64,000 nt of DNA from an uncultured Verrucomicrobiae bacterium (GCA_963815455.1 CAWFGO010000001.1:992001-1056000), one strand, 5' to 3'; positions 17,053 to 27,422 are shown, counted from the first letter of the stretch. Notes: generated by a model from the letters alone, not told the origin. Numbers and translations are program-made.

Positions 17053-18625
17053 ATGTCCGAATTAGCCGCCGCTCCCGCACTCGCCGGGTCCGCCTCGGTC
17101 GAAAGAACAAACCGGTGGCGGATCGGATTGCTCGCGGCGGTTTTTCTTTTTCTGTGGATTGAGGTCGTAAGACATCTGAGCGGGGAATGGTCGCTCAACC
17201 CCCAATACGGGTATGGCTGGGTGGTCCCTTTTCTTGCCCTTTTCCTTCTGTGGCAACGCTGGCCCGGTCGTCCCGCGCCCCAGTCTCCGGAAATGCGCGC
17301 CCTGCCCATCGCGCTCGTATTTGTTTGTGCTTTTCTTTTTCTTCCAATCCGATTTGTGGCCGAAGCAAATCCGGACTGGCGTCTGCTCAGTTGGGCGCTT
17401 GCCCTGGTTGCGGTGACGATGTCGATCCTGCTCGTCTATCTGGGCGGCGGAGGAAGCTGGGCACGATACTTCGCGTTTCCATTTTTCTTTTTTCTCGTCG
17501 CTGTCCCGTGGCCGGCTCGGTTTCGAGGAAATTGTGATCCAGGGCCTCATGCGCGCGGTCACGGCCATCAACGTGGTAGCTCTGAACATCGTCGGAGTGC
17601 CCGCGCTCCAGCACGGCAACGTGATCGAAGTCAGCTCGGGCCTCATCGGGATTGAGGAGGCCTGCAGCGGCGTCCGCTCCCTCCAGGCGACACTGATGAT
17701 CTCGCTCTTCCTGGGCGAACTCTACTCATTCACCGTCGGACGACGCTTCTTCTTGATTGTTGCGGGGGTGACGCTGGCGTTTGTCACCAATGTCATCCGG
17801 ACAGCCATTCTCGTTTGGATAGGCGCCAATCAGGGGATCCACGGCATCGAAGGCTGGCATGATCCGGCCGGCCTAACCATTCTGTTGGTATGCCTGTTTG
17901 GCCTCTGGGCAGTGAGTTTGTTCTTGCGACGACGGTCTCCCGCGCACTCGATGCCGCCTCAACACCAGATGACAACACCGCATTTTTCAGCGCCGCTCCT
18001 GGCGACTCTGGCCGTCTGGCTGGTCCTCGCTGAAGCCGGAGTCCAAGTTTGGTACGGACTTCACGCCCCGTCGGCAAGTTCGCGCTGGGTCGTCTCCTGG
18101 CCAGCCTCAGAATCTGAATACAAGACTGTCCCGATCGCCCCGGAAGCAGCGAGACTTCTTCGTTACAACGAAGGCGGCGGTGCACGCTGGAGCGGACCGA
18201 ATGGCCATCAATGGATGATGTACTTCTTTCGCTGGCTTCCCGGCCAGACCGCCGCCCGCTTCGTCAAAGTTCACCGGCCCGACATTTGTTTGCCCGCCAG
18301 CGGCCTCACCATGGTCCGCGACAATGGCATCCGGGTAATCACGGTGAATGACGTGAACCTGCCTCTTCGCTCCTATCTTTTCGATGACAGCGGCACGCCC
18401 CTTCACGTCTTCTACTGTTACTGGGACGCTCGATCCTCCTACGAAAATGCCGCTGCTGCGCAGGAAGAAGATTGGACGCCGCGCGGCCGGGTGCGTTCCG
18501 CGCTGCGCGGCCGGCGCGAAGCCGGTGCGCAAATGCTCGAAATCGTGGTGTGGGGTTACGAAAATGATATCGACGCGGAAGCCAGCGTGCGTCGGCAACT
18601 GGAACAAATGATTCGTTCGAGCTAA
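17053..18625 (+). CDS. Exosortase with C-terminal EpsI-like domain (one frameshift near 17520, probably artefact)
   Basis: Multi-TM; W..NPQYGYG, catalytic EEACSGVRSL, NVIR, WHD; EpsI-like HRPDICLPASG. Confidence 0.88.
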
Positions 18626-18637
18626 ACCCGAGCGACC

Positions 18638-18856
18638 TTACCCCTCAGCCGACTCCGGCACGGCTTTCTCGGCCGCCTGAAATCCGATCTTCGAGTGCGT
18701 TCCGTCGCAAAACGGTTTTTCCGTGGACGCCCCGCAACGGCAAAGCGCCATCCGCGGCTCGACCGGATATTTGTTTCCATCAGCGTCTTTGATTTCGACC
18801 GGCCCGGTCACGATGTAAGGCCCGTTTTTCCGCACCTCAATAGTTACTTCAGCCAT
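18638..18856 (-). CDS. CDGSH iron-sulfur domain protein
   Basis: NGPY...LCRCGAS..KPFCDGTH. Confidence 0.92.
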   Translation of the reverse strand: MAEVTIEVRKNGPYIVTGPVEIKDADGNKYPVEPRMALCRCGASTEKPFCDGTHSKIGFQAAEKAVPESAEG

Positions 18857-18900
18857 AATTGATTACCTCTCACGATCTCGACTCGCTGACAAGATTGAGC

Positions 18901-20265
18901 CTACTCTGGGCCGATGGCGTCTCGCAGCCAGCCTTCGATCTGCCGAAACAGAATCCCCAGCGCCGCGCCGGGTGTTTCTTTGATCGCTTCCACGATGCGC
19001 GGACTCAAATCCTGCTCCGGGTTATCGATTGTTCCGGAAAAATGCACTGTGGTCCACAAATAGCCGTCGTGTTCGCGCGGGAAAACTTCTTCCCAATTCG
19101 GCAGCCAGTCGAGAAGGCGACGCGCCACGCCTAATTCGATTGCGCCGCCTAACGCTTTATTGTCGATCTTGATTATTCCCTCCGCCCGAAACTTTCCTTT
19201 GTCTTCGATTGCGATGTTCTTGAACTCTGCCCGCGGATAATCCCAGTCCAGCCCGAACGAACAATCATTTAGTGTCAGTCGCTCCAGCGCTTTCTCATTC
19301 GTTAACGTTGCCAGCTTCTTCAGAAACGGCAGGTTGCTGACACGCGCCTGATCCACCCTCAATTCTGCTTCAATGCGCGACGCCTCCAGCTTCGGATTCC
19401 TGCCTTTCCAATGGACCCTGCCCGTTGCCGCACCGGTAACATGTTCGCGCCAGCCGCCCGGCAGCCAGTCGTCGATCGGCATTTGGCGGATGTCGATCCT
19501 GCAATCGACACTCTTGTCTGCGCCGGTTCCGGCTCGACCTTCCATGTGAATGCTCCCGGTCTCGCCCGTTTGTGGTTTCACATCGAGTTGGTAAAGCGTC
19601 AGCCATTTTTTCGTGATCAACATCCGCGTTTGCTCCAAGCGCAGATCGGGGATCAATGCGCTCTTCATCGTTCCGCCTGTCGCTTGATAATCAAAATCGC
19701 GCCCATGCGGCGTGATGAGCAATCGCGTCCCGAAAAATCCGCCCTGTTTGCTGCGAAACATCCAGGTCACATCCGCCGGCCCCGATTCCACTCTCTTCAA
19801 ATAAACGCGGGCGGGCAGAAGAATGTGATACCACGGCTTCGCCGGCGTCGGTTCCGGCTTCGGCTCGTAAACCTGGATCCCAACTTCGCCGCCCTCGATA
19901 TGAACCTGGTCGAGCTGCCAGCGCCGCAGAAAAATCCCCCACGGATTAAACTTGGCCCTGATCCCGCGCGCATCCATCGACCGCAACGCTTTCCATCCGT
20001 CGTGCGCTTCAAACCCCGCGCTCTCCGCCGTCCACATCCCGGTCTGCCGGATCGCCTCGTAATGCCCGTTGGGGAAATGCAAGCCTTTGGCCGTTTCCCG
20101 TTCCAGCATCGCGCGAAACTTGTCGCTCTCGACGTAGCGATCGATCCTCGAACCAAAGACTGCCGTTGCCGCAAAAGGCAATCCGACAACAATCAACAAC
20201 AACCCAGCGATCGCGATGGCACTGATTCGCCAGAGTTTGTGTTGCCGAAAAAATCGTAGCATCAC
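18901..20265 (-). CDS. AsmA-like membrane-anchored beta-rich hypothetical protein
   Basis: N-terminal TM, beta-strand-rich body, C-terminal SGTIDNPEQDL. Confidence 0.55.
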   Translation of the reverse strand: MMLRFFRQHKLWRISAIAIAGLLLIVVGLPFAATAVFGSRIDRYVESDKFRAMLERETAKGLHFPNGHYEAIRQTGMWTAESAGFEAHDGWKALRSMDARGIRAKFNPWGIFLRRWQLDQVHIEGGEVGIQVYEPKPEPTPAKPWYHILLPARVYLKRVESGPADVTWMFRSKQGGFFGTRLLITPHGRDFDYQATGGTMKSALIPDLRLEQTRMLITKKWLTLYQLDVKPQTGETGSIHMEGRAGTGADKSVDCRIDIRQMPIDDWLPGGWREHVTGAATGRVHWKGRNPKLEASRIEAELRVDQARVSNLPFLKKLATLTNEKALERLTLNDCSFGLDWDYPRAEFKNIAIEDKGKFRAEGIIKIDNKALGGAIELGVARRLLDWLPNWEEVFPREHDGYLWTTVHFSGTIDNPEQDLSPRIVEAIKETPGAALGILFRQIEGWLRDAIGPE

Positions 20266-20304
20266 ATACCAATCGTGCCAGCGATCCGATAAGCCGGAAA
20301 TAGA

Positions 20305-21714
20305 TCAGGGCAAAATCGAACCCGCCGGATAGAGCACGCCATTTTTCATCACGCTGTCGATGTCCGACGCGTGGGCGATGTCGTCGAGCGGATTGGAATT
20401 CAGGATGACCAGATCGGCGAAATTGCCTTTGTCGATCCTGCCGATATGCGCGCCGGTTTCGCCACCGAAAAATTTCGCGGCATTCACCGTGGTGCATTGA
20501 AGAATTTGCATCGGAGTGAGCCCGGCTTCCTTCATCAGCTGAAACTCGCGGAACAACGCCGGGCCATGAATCGTGCCGATGTTCCCGGCATCGGTGCCGG
20601 CTGCAATCGTCACGCCGGCGTCCTCAAGGGTTTTCAGATTCTTCAAAGCGACATCGTAGGTTTTCTTTATGCGATCCAGCGCCGCGTCGGGATCTGCCAG
20701 CGCGGTCTTAATGCGGTCAGGCAATTGATCCTTGGGAATCTTTGTCACGTCTAACGTGGCGATCACTTCCGGGTTGCCCCACGCTTTTTCTTCCGGCGTC
20801 AAATTCAACTTGTTGGCGAAGGTGCGTCCGTAACGCTCGAACACCACCAGCGTCGGCGTAAGAATCACATGTCGATCCTTCAACAGCTTCACGAATGCGT
20901 CATCGACCGGTTTATCGATCACGCTGTGGACGAGCACATCGGCGCCTTCTTCGACTGCGGCGCGGGCCGTTTCCAGTTCGGTCGCATGCACCGCCACCCG
21001 AATCTTGTGGCCATGGCTTTCCTCGATCGTCGCCCGCACAATCGGCCGGAAACTGTCGACCGGATGATCCTTGTCGACGATGTACCAGATTTTCACGAGG
21101 TCCGGATTTTGCGGGACCAGTTTGCGCACGAACTCGCGGGCCTGCTCCGGGCTGTCGATCTTCACAATCGGCGGATCGCCCAGGTCGAGCTGCGGTCGCG
21201 ACACGCTCGAGATCAACGGCCCGGCCACGGCCACGCGGGGAGCTTTCGCGGTCGCGTTGGCAATCTTGCGCACCTCGAAATTCCAAAACGGCCCGCCGAC
21301 ATCGACGACGCTGGTGATCCCGCTGCGCAGATAGCGCGAGAATGTGTCGGCCAAATGCGATTTGATCCACGCCACTTCGTCCTGGTACGAACGCACCTTG
21401 GTCAGATCGACAACGTCAGGCCGGGTAAAAAGATCGCCCGACTGAAAGAAATGCACATGGGTGTCGATGTAGCCGGGCAAAATGAACTTGCCGGCGCAAT
21501 TGATCTGTTTCCCGAGCGCAGCCGCATCCTGTTTGCCGGCAGAGACGCGTTCAATCTTGTCTCCGTTGATCACGATCGTGGCGTTCTCCATTTTCTTCCC
21601 GCCCCCAGGATTGATGACCGTGCCGCCAATTAACGAAATCCGCTCGGCCCGCGCCGCCACACTCGCTAACGCGATCGCGGCGATCGTTATCAAATATAAT
21701 TTGCAATGTTTCAT
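20305..21714 (-). CDS. Secreted metal-dependent amidohydrolase
   Basis: PGYIDTHVH, VAVHA, GTDAG, ADLVIL..NPL. Confidence 0.9.
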   Translation of the reverse strand: MKHCKLYLITIAAIALASVAARAERISLIGGTVINPGGGKKMENATIVINGDKIERVSAGKQDAAALGKQINCAGKFILPGYIDTHVHFFQSGDLFTRPDVVDLTKVRSYQDEVAWIKSHLADTFSRYLRSGITSVVDVGGPFWNFEVRKIANATAKAPRVAVAGPLISSVSRPQLDLGDPPIVKIDSPEQAREFVRKLVPQNPDLVKIWYIVDKDHPVDSFRPIVRATIEESHGHKIRVAVHATELETARAAVEEGADVLVHSVIDKPVDDAFVKLLKDRHVILTPTLVVFERYGRTFANKLNLTPEEKAWGNPEVIATLDVTKIPKDQLPDRIKTALADPDAALDRIKKTYDVALKNLKTLEDAGVTIAAGTDAGNIGTIHGPALFREFQLMKEAGLTPMQILQCTTVNAAKFFGGETGAHIGRIDKGNFADLVILNSNPLDDIAHASDIDSVMKNGVLYPAGSILP

Positions 21715-22736
21715 TGGATTTTCGCCTCCTCGGCAATTTTCAGAACGATCTTGCCACGGGTGTGATGGGTCGCGGCCTGCTCATCGGCCTTGGCGGCATC
21801 TGCTAATGGCAATACCTGCGTGACGATCGGTTTCAGTTTTTTGTCGTCGATCAGTTTCGTGATCTCGGCCAGTTCTTTCGCATCCGGATGCGAACCGAGC
21901 GATTCCCCGCGAATCTCATGCTTCTTCAACTCGGCTGGATCACAGCGCGCAACCAGCGTGACAATCATTCCGCCTTTCTTCACCACCGCGTAAGAGCGGG
22001 CCAGGGTATCGTGGCCGACCGGATCGATCACCACATCGACATTGTTGGCCACCTCCTCGAACTTCGTTTTGGTGTAATCTATCGCTACGTCGGCGCCGAG
22101 CTGTTTCAGCAAATCCTGGTTTGCTGTCGAAGCGGTGGCGATCACTCTCGCACCGCGCGCCTTGGCGATTTGAATGGCGAAGCTACCGACGCCGCCGGAG
22201 CCGCCATGAATCAGCACCGTCTGGCCCTTGTCGATCTTTGCCACGTCAATCAACGCCTGCCATGCGGTCAGCGCAGCGAGTGGAACAGACGACGCGTCGA
22301 CCAGACTGAGCAACTTGGGTGTAATCGCAGCTTCACCTTCATTGGTCACGCAATACTCGGCCCAGCCGCCGCCCCAAAGCAGGTAAGCATAAACCGGATC
22401 GCCAATTTTCAGTTTCGCAACTTTCGCGCCGGCCTTTACCACGATGCCCGCCATGTCGTAACCAAGAATCAGTGGTAAATGCGTCCCGAACTCTTTCGCA
22501 TACTTGCCGCCAAGAATCAGAGGATCGGCTGGGTTCACTCCGCTGGCAATCACTCGGACCAGCACTTCGTTTTCCTTCGGCTCGGGCAAAGGAATTTCTT
22601 CCAGCTTCAGGACTGCAGGTCCGCCGTATTCGTGCGCTACGACGGCTTTCATTACCTTCGGGAGCGGTTGCGTAAAGGCCATTCCAGGTACTGCACAAAC
22701 CAACAGCGAGATAGCCACACGCGATCGGAAACTCAT
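21711..22736 (-). CDS. NADP-dependent oxidoreductase (MDR / quinone oxidoreductase family)
   Basis: GVNPAD, LTAWQAL, IHGGSGGVG, RGKIVL. Confidence 0.92.
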   Translation of the reverse strand: MSFRSRVAISLLVCAVPGMAFTQPLPKVMKAVVAHEYGGPAVLKLEEIPLPEPKENEVLVRVIASGVNPADPLILGGKYAKEFGTHLPLILGYDMAGIVVKAGAKVAKLKIGDPVYAYLLWGGGWAEYCVTNEGEAAITPKLLSLVDASSVPLAALTAWQALIDVAKIDKGQTVLIHGGSGGVGSFAIQIAKARGARVIATASTANQDLLKQLGADVAIDYTKTKFEEVANNVDVVIDPVGHDTLARSYAVVKKGGMIVTLVARCDPAELKKHEIRGESLGSHPDAKELAEITKLIDDKKLKPIVTQVLPLADAAKADEQAATHHTRGKIVLKIAEEAKIQ

Positions 22737-22865
22737 ATTATCCGAACCTTCCGCGACGCGACCATTAACACAAGGTAGGGACGTTTCTCCGAAACGTCCG
22801 TCGAAATTTATCGGACGGCCTCGGATATTGCCGCTGACAGCCCTGCGCCCTAGCGGCTAAGCTCT

Positions 22866-23006
22866 TTCACCACGCTCCAACGGCTCAAGGTCCCGTCGAA
22901 GATGCTCTATTTCCCCGACGAAGGCCATTGGGTGCTCAAGCCGCAAAACAGCCGGCTCTGGTATAAAACGGTGAACGATTGGGTAGATCAGTGGTGCAAG
23001 CGGTGA
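22866..23006 (+). pseudogene. Orphan C-terminal fragment of an S9-family peptidase
   Basis: FTTLQRLKVPSKMLYFPDEGHWVLKPQNSRLWY...*; in-frame TAG at 22851 upstream. Confidence 0.8.
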
Positions 23007-23012
23007 GCGCCC

Positions 23013-23192
23013 TGTCATCCTGAGCGAAGCGAAGGACCTCGCGAGAGGTAACTGGCAAGCCGAACTATCGTTGGCGCAGCCATCAGGAAGGCAAACGAGC
23101 GGGACTTCTGCAGGGAGCGTCTGCGCACCCTTACTCGTGGGTTGTGGGGAAGTTCGAGAGGTCCCTCGCCGTCTTCGCGGCTCGGGATGACA
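23013..23192. repeat. TGTCATCC...GGATGACA palindromic element (second copy 59375-59505)
   Basis: Inverted ends TGTCATCCTGAGC / GCTCGGGATGACA with inner GGACCTC / GAGGTCC. Confidence 0.8.
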
Positions 23193-23203
23193 AGGCGGCG
23201 AAG

Positions 23204-23231
23204 TTGACATGCAACTAATTGGTTGCATAAT
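23204..23231 (+). promoter_or_regulatory. sigma70 promoter overlapped by a palindromic operator (likely ArsR autoregulation)
   Basis: TTGACA-16-CATAAT; ATGCAAC-N6-GTTGCAT at 23209-23228. Confidence 0.7.
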
Positions 23232-23242
23232 TCACGCGTTCG

Positions 23243-23560
23243 ATGGAAACCGTCTTTAAAGCCCTGGCCAGCCCCGGCCGGCGAGCCTTGCTCGACCAGT
23301 TGCACGACCATAATGGCCAGACCTTGGGCGAGCTTTGCCAGCACCTCGAAATGACCCGACAAGGGGTGACCAAGCACCTCGCCCTGCTCGTAAAGGCCAA
23401 CCTGGTCGTCCCCCTTTGGCGGGGCCGGGAGAAACTCCATTACCTCAACCCCGCTCCGATCCTTCAGATCTCTGAGCGCTGGATCGACAAATACCCGGGC
23501 CGAATTCCGGTCGCCTTGCGCGAACTGGAGCAGGGGCTCGATGCGATCGGTTCGGGGTAA
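23243..23560 (+). CDS. ArsR/SmtB family transcriptional regulator
   Basis: VFKALA.P.RR.LLD.L, TRQGVTKHL, GREKLHYLN. Confidence 0.9.
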   Translation: METVFKALASPGRRALLDQLHDHNGQTLGELCQHLEMTRQGVTKHLALLVKANLVVPLWRGREKLHYLNPAPILQISERWIDKYPGRIPVALRELEQGLDAIGSG

Positions 23561-23583
23561 GCCTCGTACATGTCGATTCCCTT

Positions 23584-23725
23584 TCTGGGGAGCAGTCGCC
23601 GCGGCGACCCAGCCTGTCATTGCCGGCAGCTTGCCGGCAACATTCCGCGACCGCGTTCGCGCGAAATCCGGAGACATCCCGGCAAGCTGCCGAGATGGAC
23701 AGGCTAACAGCCTGTGCTCCCCAGA
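23584..23725. repeat. GGGAGC...GCTCCC branched palindromic element (copies 40017-40152, 58367-58509)
   Basis: Inverted ends TCTGGGGAGC / GCTCCCCAGA with CGGCAGCTTGCCG internal hairpins. Confidence 0.82.
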
Positions 23726-23775
23726 GTCGAAGACTTGCGCTAATCGAAGGTGAACGTGAATCTCTTAGTTCTCCG

Positions 23776-24768
23776 GTGGAACAACTCACACAAGCATTCG
23801 TATTAGGCGCCGGACTCGGGACCCGTTTGCGCCCGCTTACGGACGACATACCGAAACCGTTGGTACCGATTTTTCAAAAGCCGTTGATCACTTTCGCTTT
23901 CGATCATTTGATTGGCCTCGGAATTTCGAAGTTCTTCGTGAACACCCATCACCGGCCGGAGCGGTTTTCGGAATTATTTGGGGGGCAATTCGACGGACGG
24001 CCCGGAGATCGGTCCCTACCTGGATATTGCAATCGCCCAATCGATTTTTTTCACGAGCCGGTGTTGCTCGAAACTGCCGGCGGCATCGCGAACATCGCCG
24101 ATTCGCTAAGCGCCGAGCCGCTCCTGGTTTACAATGGCGACATTCTAACCGATCTGCCGCTGGCTCCGTTGATCGAGAATCACTTCCGGTCCGGCAATTT
24201 GGTTACGCTCGCGCTGCGATCCGAGCGCGGACCGCAACACATTTCACTCGATTCGAATACTGGCCGGATCATCGACATCCACAATCAGCTCGGCACCGGA
24301 TCTCCCGAGGAATTCGTTTTTACCGGCATCTACATTGTGAATCGGAAATTTGTCGATGTTCTCGAGCGCGGCGTGACACGCTCCGTCATTCCGCATTTCA
24401 TCGAGCTGATTCGACGCCGGGAAAAGATCGGCGGCGTTGTCATCGACGAAGGGCATTGGTGGGATGTGGGTAATCGGGAAGCATATCTGCAGCTGCATCG
24501 CGAGTTGCCGGCCCTGAGTTTCCCAGCTTATCCGGTGCACGATCCGGATTGGCGGGAATCAGTTCACCCGACGGCGATTGTCGATCCTACCGCGCGGGTG
24601 CGCGGTTGTTCGGTCATCGGAAAAGATTGCCGCGTGGAAGCGGACGCGATTCTCGATGACACGATTCTGTGGCCCGGTGCACAAATTGCTTCCCGAAGCG
24701 AGTTGGTTGGTTGTATTGTCCGCTCCGACAAAAAAGTCAGCGGCGTCCATCGCAACATCGACATCTGA
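23776..24768 (+). CDS. Sugar-phosphate nucleotidyltransferase (MurU-like)
   Basis: LGAGLGTRLRPLT..PKPL, LETAGG, NGDI, WWDVG; adjacent to an AmgK-like kinase. Confidence 0.85.
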   Translation: MEQLTQAFVLGAGLGTRLRPLTDDIPKPLVPIFQKPLITFAFDHLIGLGISKFFVNTHHRPERFSELFGGQFDGRPGDRSLPGYCNRPIDFFHEPVLLETAGGIANIADSLSAEPLLVYNGDILTDLPLAPLIENHFRSGNLVTLALRSERGPQHISLDSNTGRIIDIHNQLGTGSPEEFVFTGIYIVNRKFVDVLERGVTRSVIPHFIELIRRREKIGGVVIDEGHWWDVGNREAYLQLHRELPALSFPAYPVHDPDWRESVHPTAIVDPTARVRGCSVIGKDCRVEADAILDDTILWPGAQIASRSELVGCIVRSDKKVSGVHRNIDI

Positions 24769-24772
24769 TCCC

Positions 24773-25764
24773 ATGCGCACCGAACTCCTTCTTCGGCAAA
24801 CCCGGATCCATTTCCCGCGGTTCGACGTGGACAAGGTCGAGATCACGCCGATCGAGAAAGGCGGCTCGGACCGCAAATTTTACCGGGTCCGTTCCTCGCC
24901 GGATCAAACGATCATTCTTGTTAAGTACAGTCTGGAACGCGAAGAGAACCGGCATTACGTCCGGATCGCGGAGTTTCTCGACCGAACATGGGATTCGTGT
25001 GCCGAAGATTTATTTCCACGACCCGGCCGAAGGTCTGATCTGGATCGAGGACCTGGGCGAGCGCGATCTTTTCGGTTATCGCGACGAAAGCTGGCTGGTG
25101 CGCCGCGCTTTCTACGAATCGGCTCTGGACGAAATCGCGAAGCTGCACCGTTTACCTGGCGAGCTCGGTCAGAGCATCAAGGAAAGTTTGCCTGCTGAAT
25201 TCAACGCCGCGCTGTATCGCTGGGAACAGAATTACTTTTTCGAGAACTGCCTGGGCGGTTACTTCAAGATCGACAGTGGAAAGCTCGGCGCGCTCACCGC
25301 GTTGCCGGCGCTAAATGAAATTGCCGAGCAGCTCGGTCGGCTGCCGCGGGTTCTTGATTCATCGCGATTTTCAGTCGCAAAATATTATTATTCGCAACGG
25401 GCAGGCTTGCCTCATCGATTTCCAAGGGATGCGGCCCGGTCTTGGCCAATACGATCTCGCTTCGTTGCTCTACGATCCCTATGTCGATCTTACCGATGCG
25501 GAGCGGGCTGAACTGACCGCTTATTATCGCGACGTGCAGACCGAGAACGGAGTTGCGGTGGACGGCGAGTTCGATTTCACATTGCGACTTTGCGCAATGC
25601 AACGCCTGATGCAGGCACTGGGCGCTTATGGATTTCTCGGGCTCGTTAAAGGGCACAAGAGTTTTCTCCAGCATATTCCGAAAGCGCTGAACTCGTTGCG
25701 CGGCGTGATCAGTAGAATTGGCGGCTTGAGCGATCTGGAAAAAGCGCTCGCACCGCTAAAGTGA
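24773..25764 (+). CDS. Aminoglycoside-phosphotransferase-family kinase (AmgK-like); two frameshifts
   Basis: GGSDRKFYR, IEDLG, HRDFQSQNI, IDFQG, YDLASLL.DPY spread over three frames. Confidence 0.82.
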
Positions 25765-27422
25765 CGCAGCAGACGAGCGCGGCAGCCGGGCCGGGCGCAA
25801 CAGAAGTGCTCATTGTCGGAGCTGGCCCAACCGGCCTCTCGCTCGGCCTGGAATTGCACCGATTCGGCGTTCGCTTCCGGATAATCGATAAGAACATCGC
25901 GCGCTCGACCACTTCGAAGGCGATCGGATTGCAGCCGCGACTTTCCGAGATTTTCGCGGTGCTCGGCGTGGCGGAAAAATTATTCGCCAGCGGATTCAGC
26001 GACATCCGGGGCGTCAACTTCTGCGCCGGGGCGAGAAAGGTTCTGTCGTTCAAGCTGGAGAACCCGCCCGATCAAGCCGGGCGCGAAGCGTTCCAGCCAC
26101 GGATGATCATTATTCCGCAAAGCGAAACGGAACGGATTCTCGAGGAAACGCTGCACGAACGCGGCATTCGCGTGGAGCGCGGGGTTGAGTTTTTGGAGTT
26201 CCAGCAAACTGCGGATGCAGTGATCTCGCGTGCTCGTCACGCCGACGGAACTGAAGAATCGATACCCTCGCAATTTCTGATCAGCTGCGAAGGCGCGCAC
26301 AGCGTGATCCGGAAGCAGGCCGGTCTCGGCTTCGTGGGGAAAGCTTATCCGCTCCGTTTCGTGATGGCCGATGTAGCCATCGATTGGGATCTGCCAGCCG
26401 ATCAGGTCCACATTTGGTTTCACTCTCAGGGATCGCTCGGTGCGTTGCCGTTCGGGGCCGGCCGTTGGCGTGTGATCGTCGAGTGCGCGCAAGCGGACGA
26501 ACCCGAGGCCGAGGTCACGCTCGATCTGATCCAAAATTTTCTGGCAGAGCGTACCGCAAACGCCGCGATTCGAGCCAGAGATCCGGTTTGGCTGACCGAC
26601 TTCCGCATTAATTGCCGGATGGTCGATCGATTCCGAGCCGGACGCATTTTCGTCGCGGGGGATGCGGCGCACATTCACAGCCCAACTGGCGGCCAGGGAA
26701 TCGCTACCGGAGTGCAGGACGCAACCAATCTGGCTTGGAAAATTGCGGCTGTGCTCAACCAAAACGCACCGGACGCGTTGCTCGACACCTTCAGCGAAGA
26801 ACGGTTGCCCATCGCCCGCGAAGTCCTCGAACGCACGGATGCGATGTCGAAGATATTTTTCGCCACCAATCCGCTGGCCCGATTTTTTCGTGAACGACTG
26901 TTGCTCCCGCTGTTGCGCATTCCTTTCGCCCAACGGCGCATGTTTGGGAAATTTTCGCAGCTGCAAATGAATTACCGCCAATCGTCGCTCTGTCTTCATC
27001 AGGATCGACAATGGTTCGGGTCGCGCATTCGCGTCCGGGCCGGCGATCGCGCGCCCGATGTCGTGTTCGAAAGCACGGGCAATCGAGTCACGCTCTTTGA
27101 ATTACTGACGCCGGGAAAGCCGGTCGTTCTCATGAATAATGTGCCTAACCCAAACGCCGTTGCCAACGCGCTGGAACGGGCAAAGATCTCTGCGTTCGAA
27201 ATCGTTTCGCGGACATCGGTTGACGCGCCATCTGGTCGATTACGCGACATGCACGGCGATTTCTTCCGATTGTACGGAGCGGAGGGAGAATTCATCTACT
27301 TGATCCGTCCGGACGGCTATGTCGACTTCTTTCAACGGCCGGCCAACGTTCGCCGCCTGGTCAATTATCTGGAGAAGATCCGCGACCCGAAGGAGATCGA
27401 GCGGATTTTCGAACTCCAGTAA
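25761..27422 (+). CDS. FAD-dependent monooxygenase (PheA/TfdB-like)
   Basis: GAGPTG, CEGAHS, GDAAHIHSPTGGQG, LIRPDGYV. Confidence 0.92.
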   Translation: MTQQTSAAAGPGATEVLIVGAGPTGLSLGLELHRFGVRFRIIDKNIARSTTSKAIGLQPRLSEIFAVLGVAEKLFASGFSDIRGVNFCAGARKVLSFKLENPPDQAGREAFQPRMIIIPQSETERILEETLHERGIRVERGVEFLEFQQTADAVISRARHADGTEESIPSQFLISCEGAHSVIRKQAGLGFVGKAYPLRFVMADVAIDWDLPADQVHIWFHSQGSLGALPFGAGRWRVIVECAQADEPEAEVTLDLIQNFLAERTANAAIRARDPVWLTDFRINCRMVDRFRAGRIFVAGDAAHIHSPTGGQGIATGVQDATNLAWKIAAVLNQNAPDALLDTFSEERLPIAREVLERTDAMSKIFFATNPLARFFRERLLLPLLRIPFAQRRMFGKFSQLQMNYRQSSLCLHQDRQWFGSRIRVRAGDRAPDVVFESTGNRVTLFELLTPGKPVVLMNNVPNPNAVANALERAKISAFEIVSRTSVDAPSGRLRDMHGDFFRLYGAEGEFIYLIRPDGYVDFFQRPANVRRLVNYLEKIRDPKEIERIFELQ

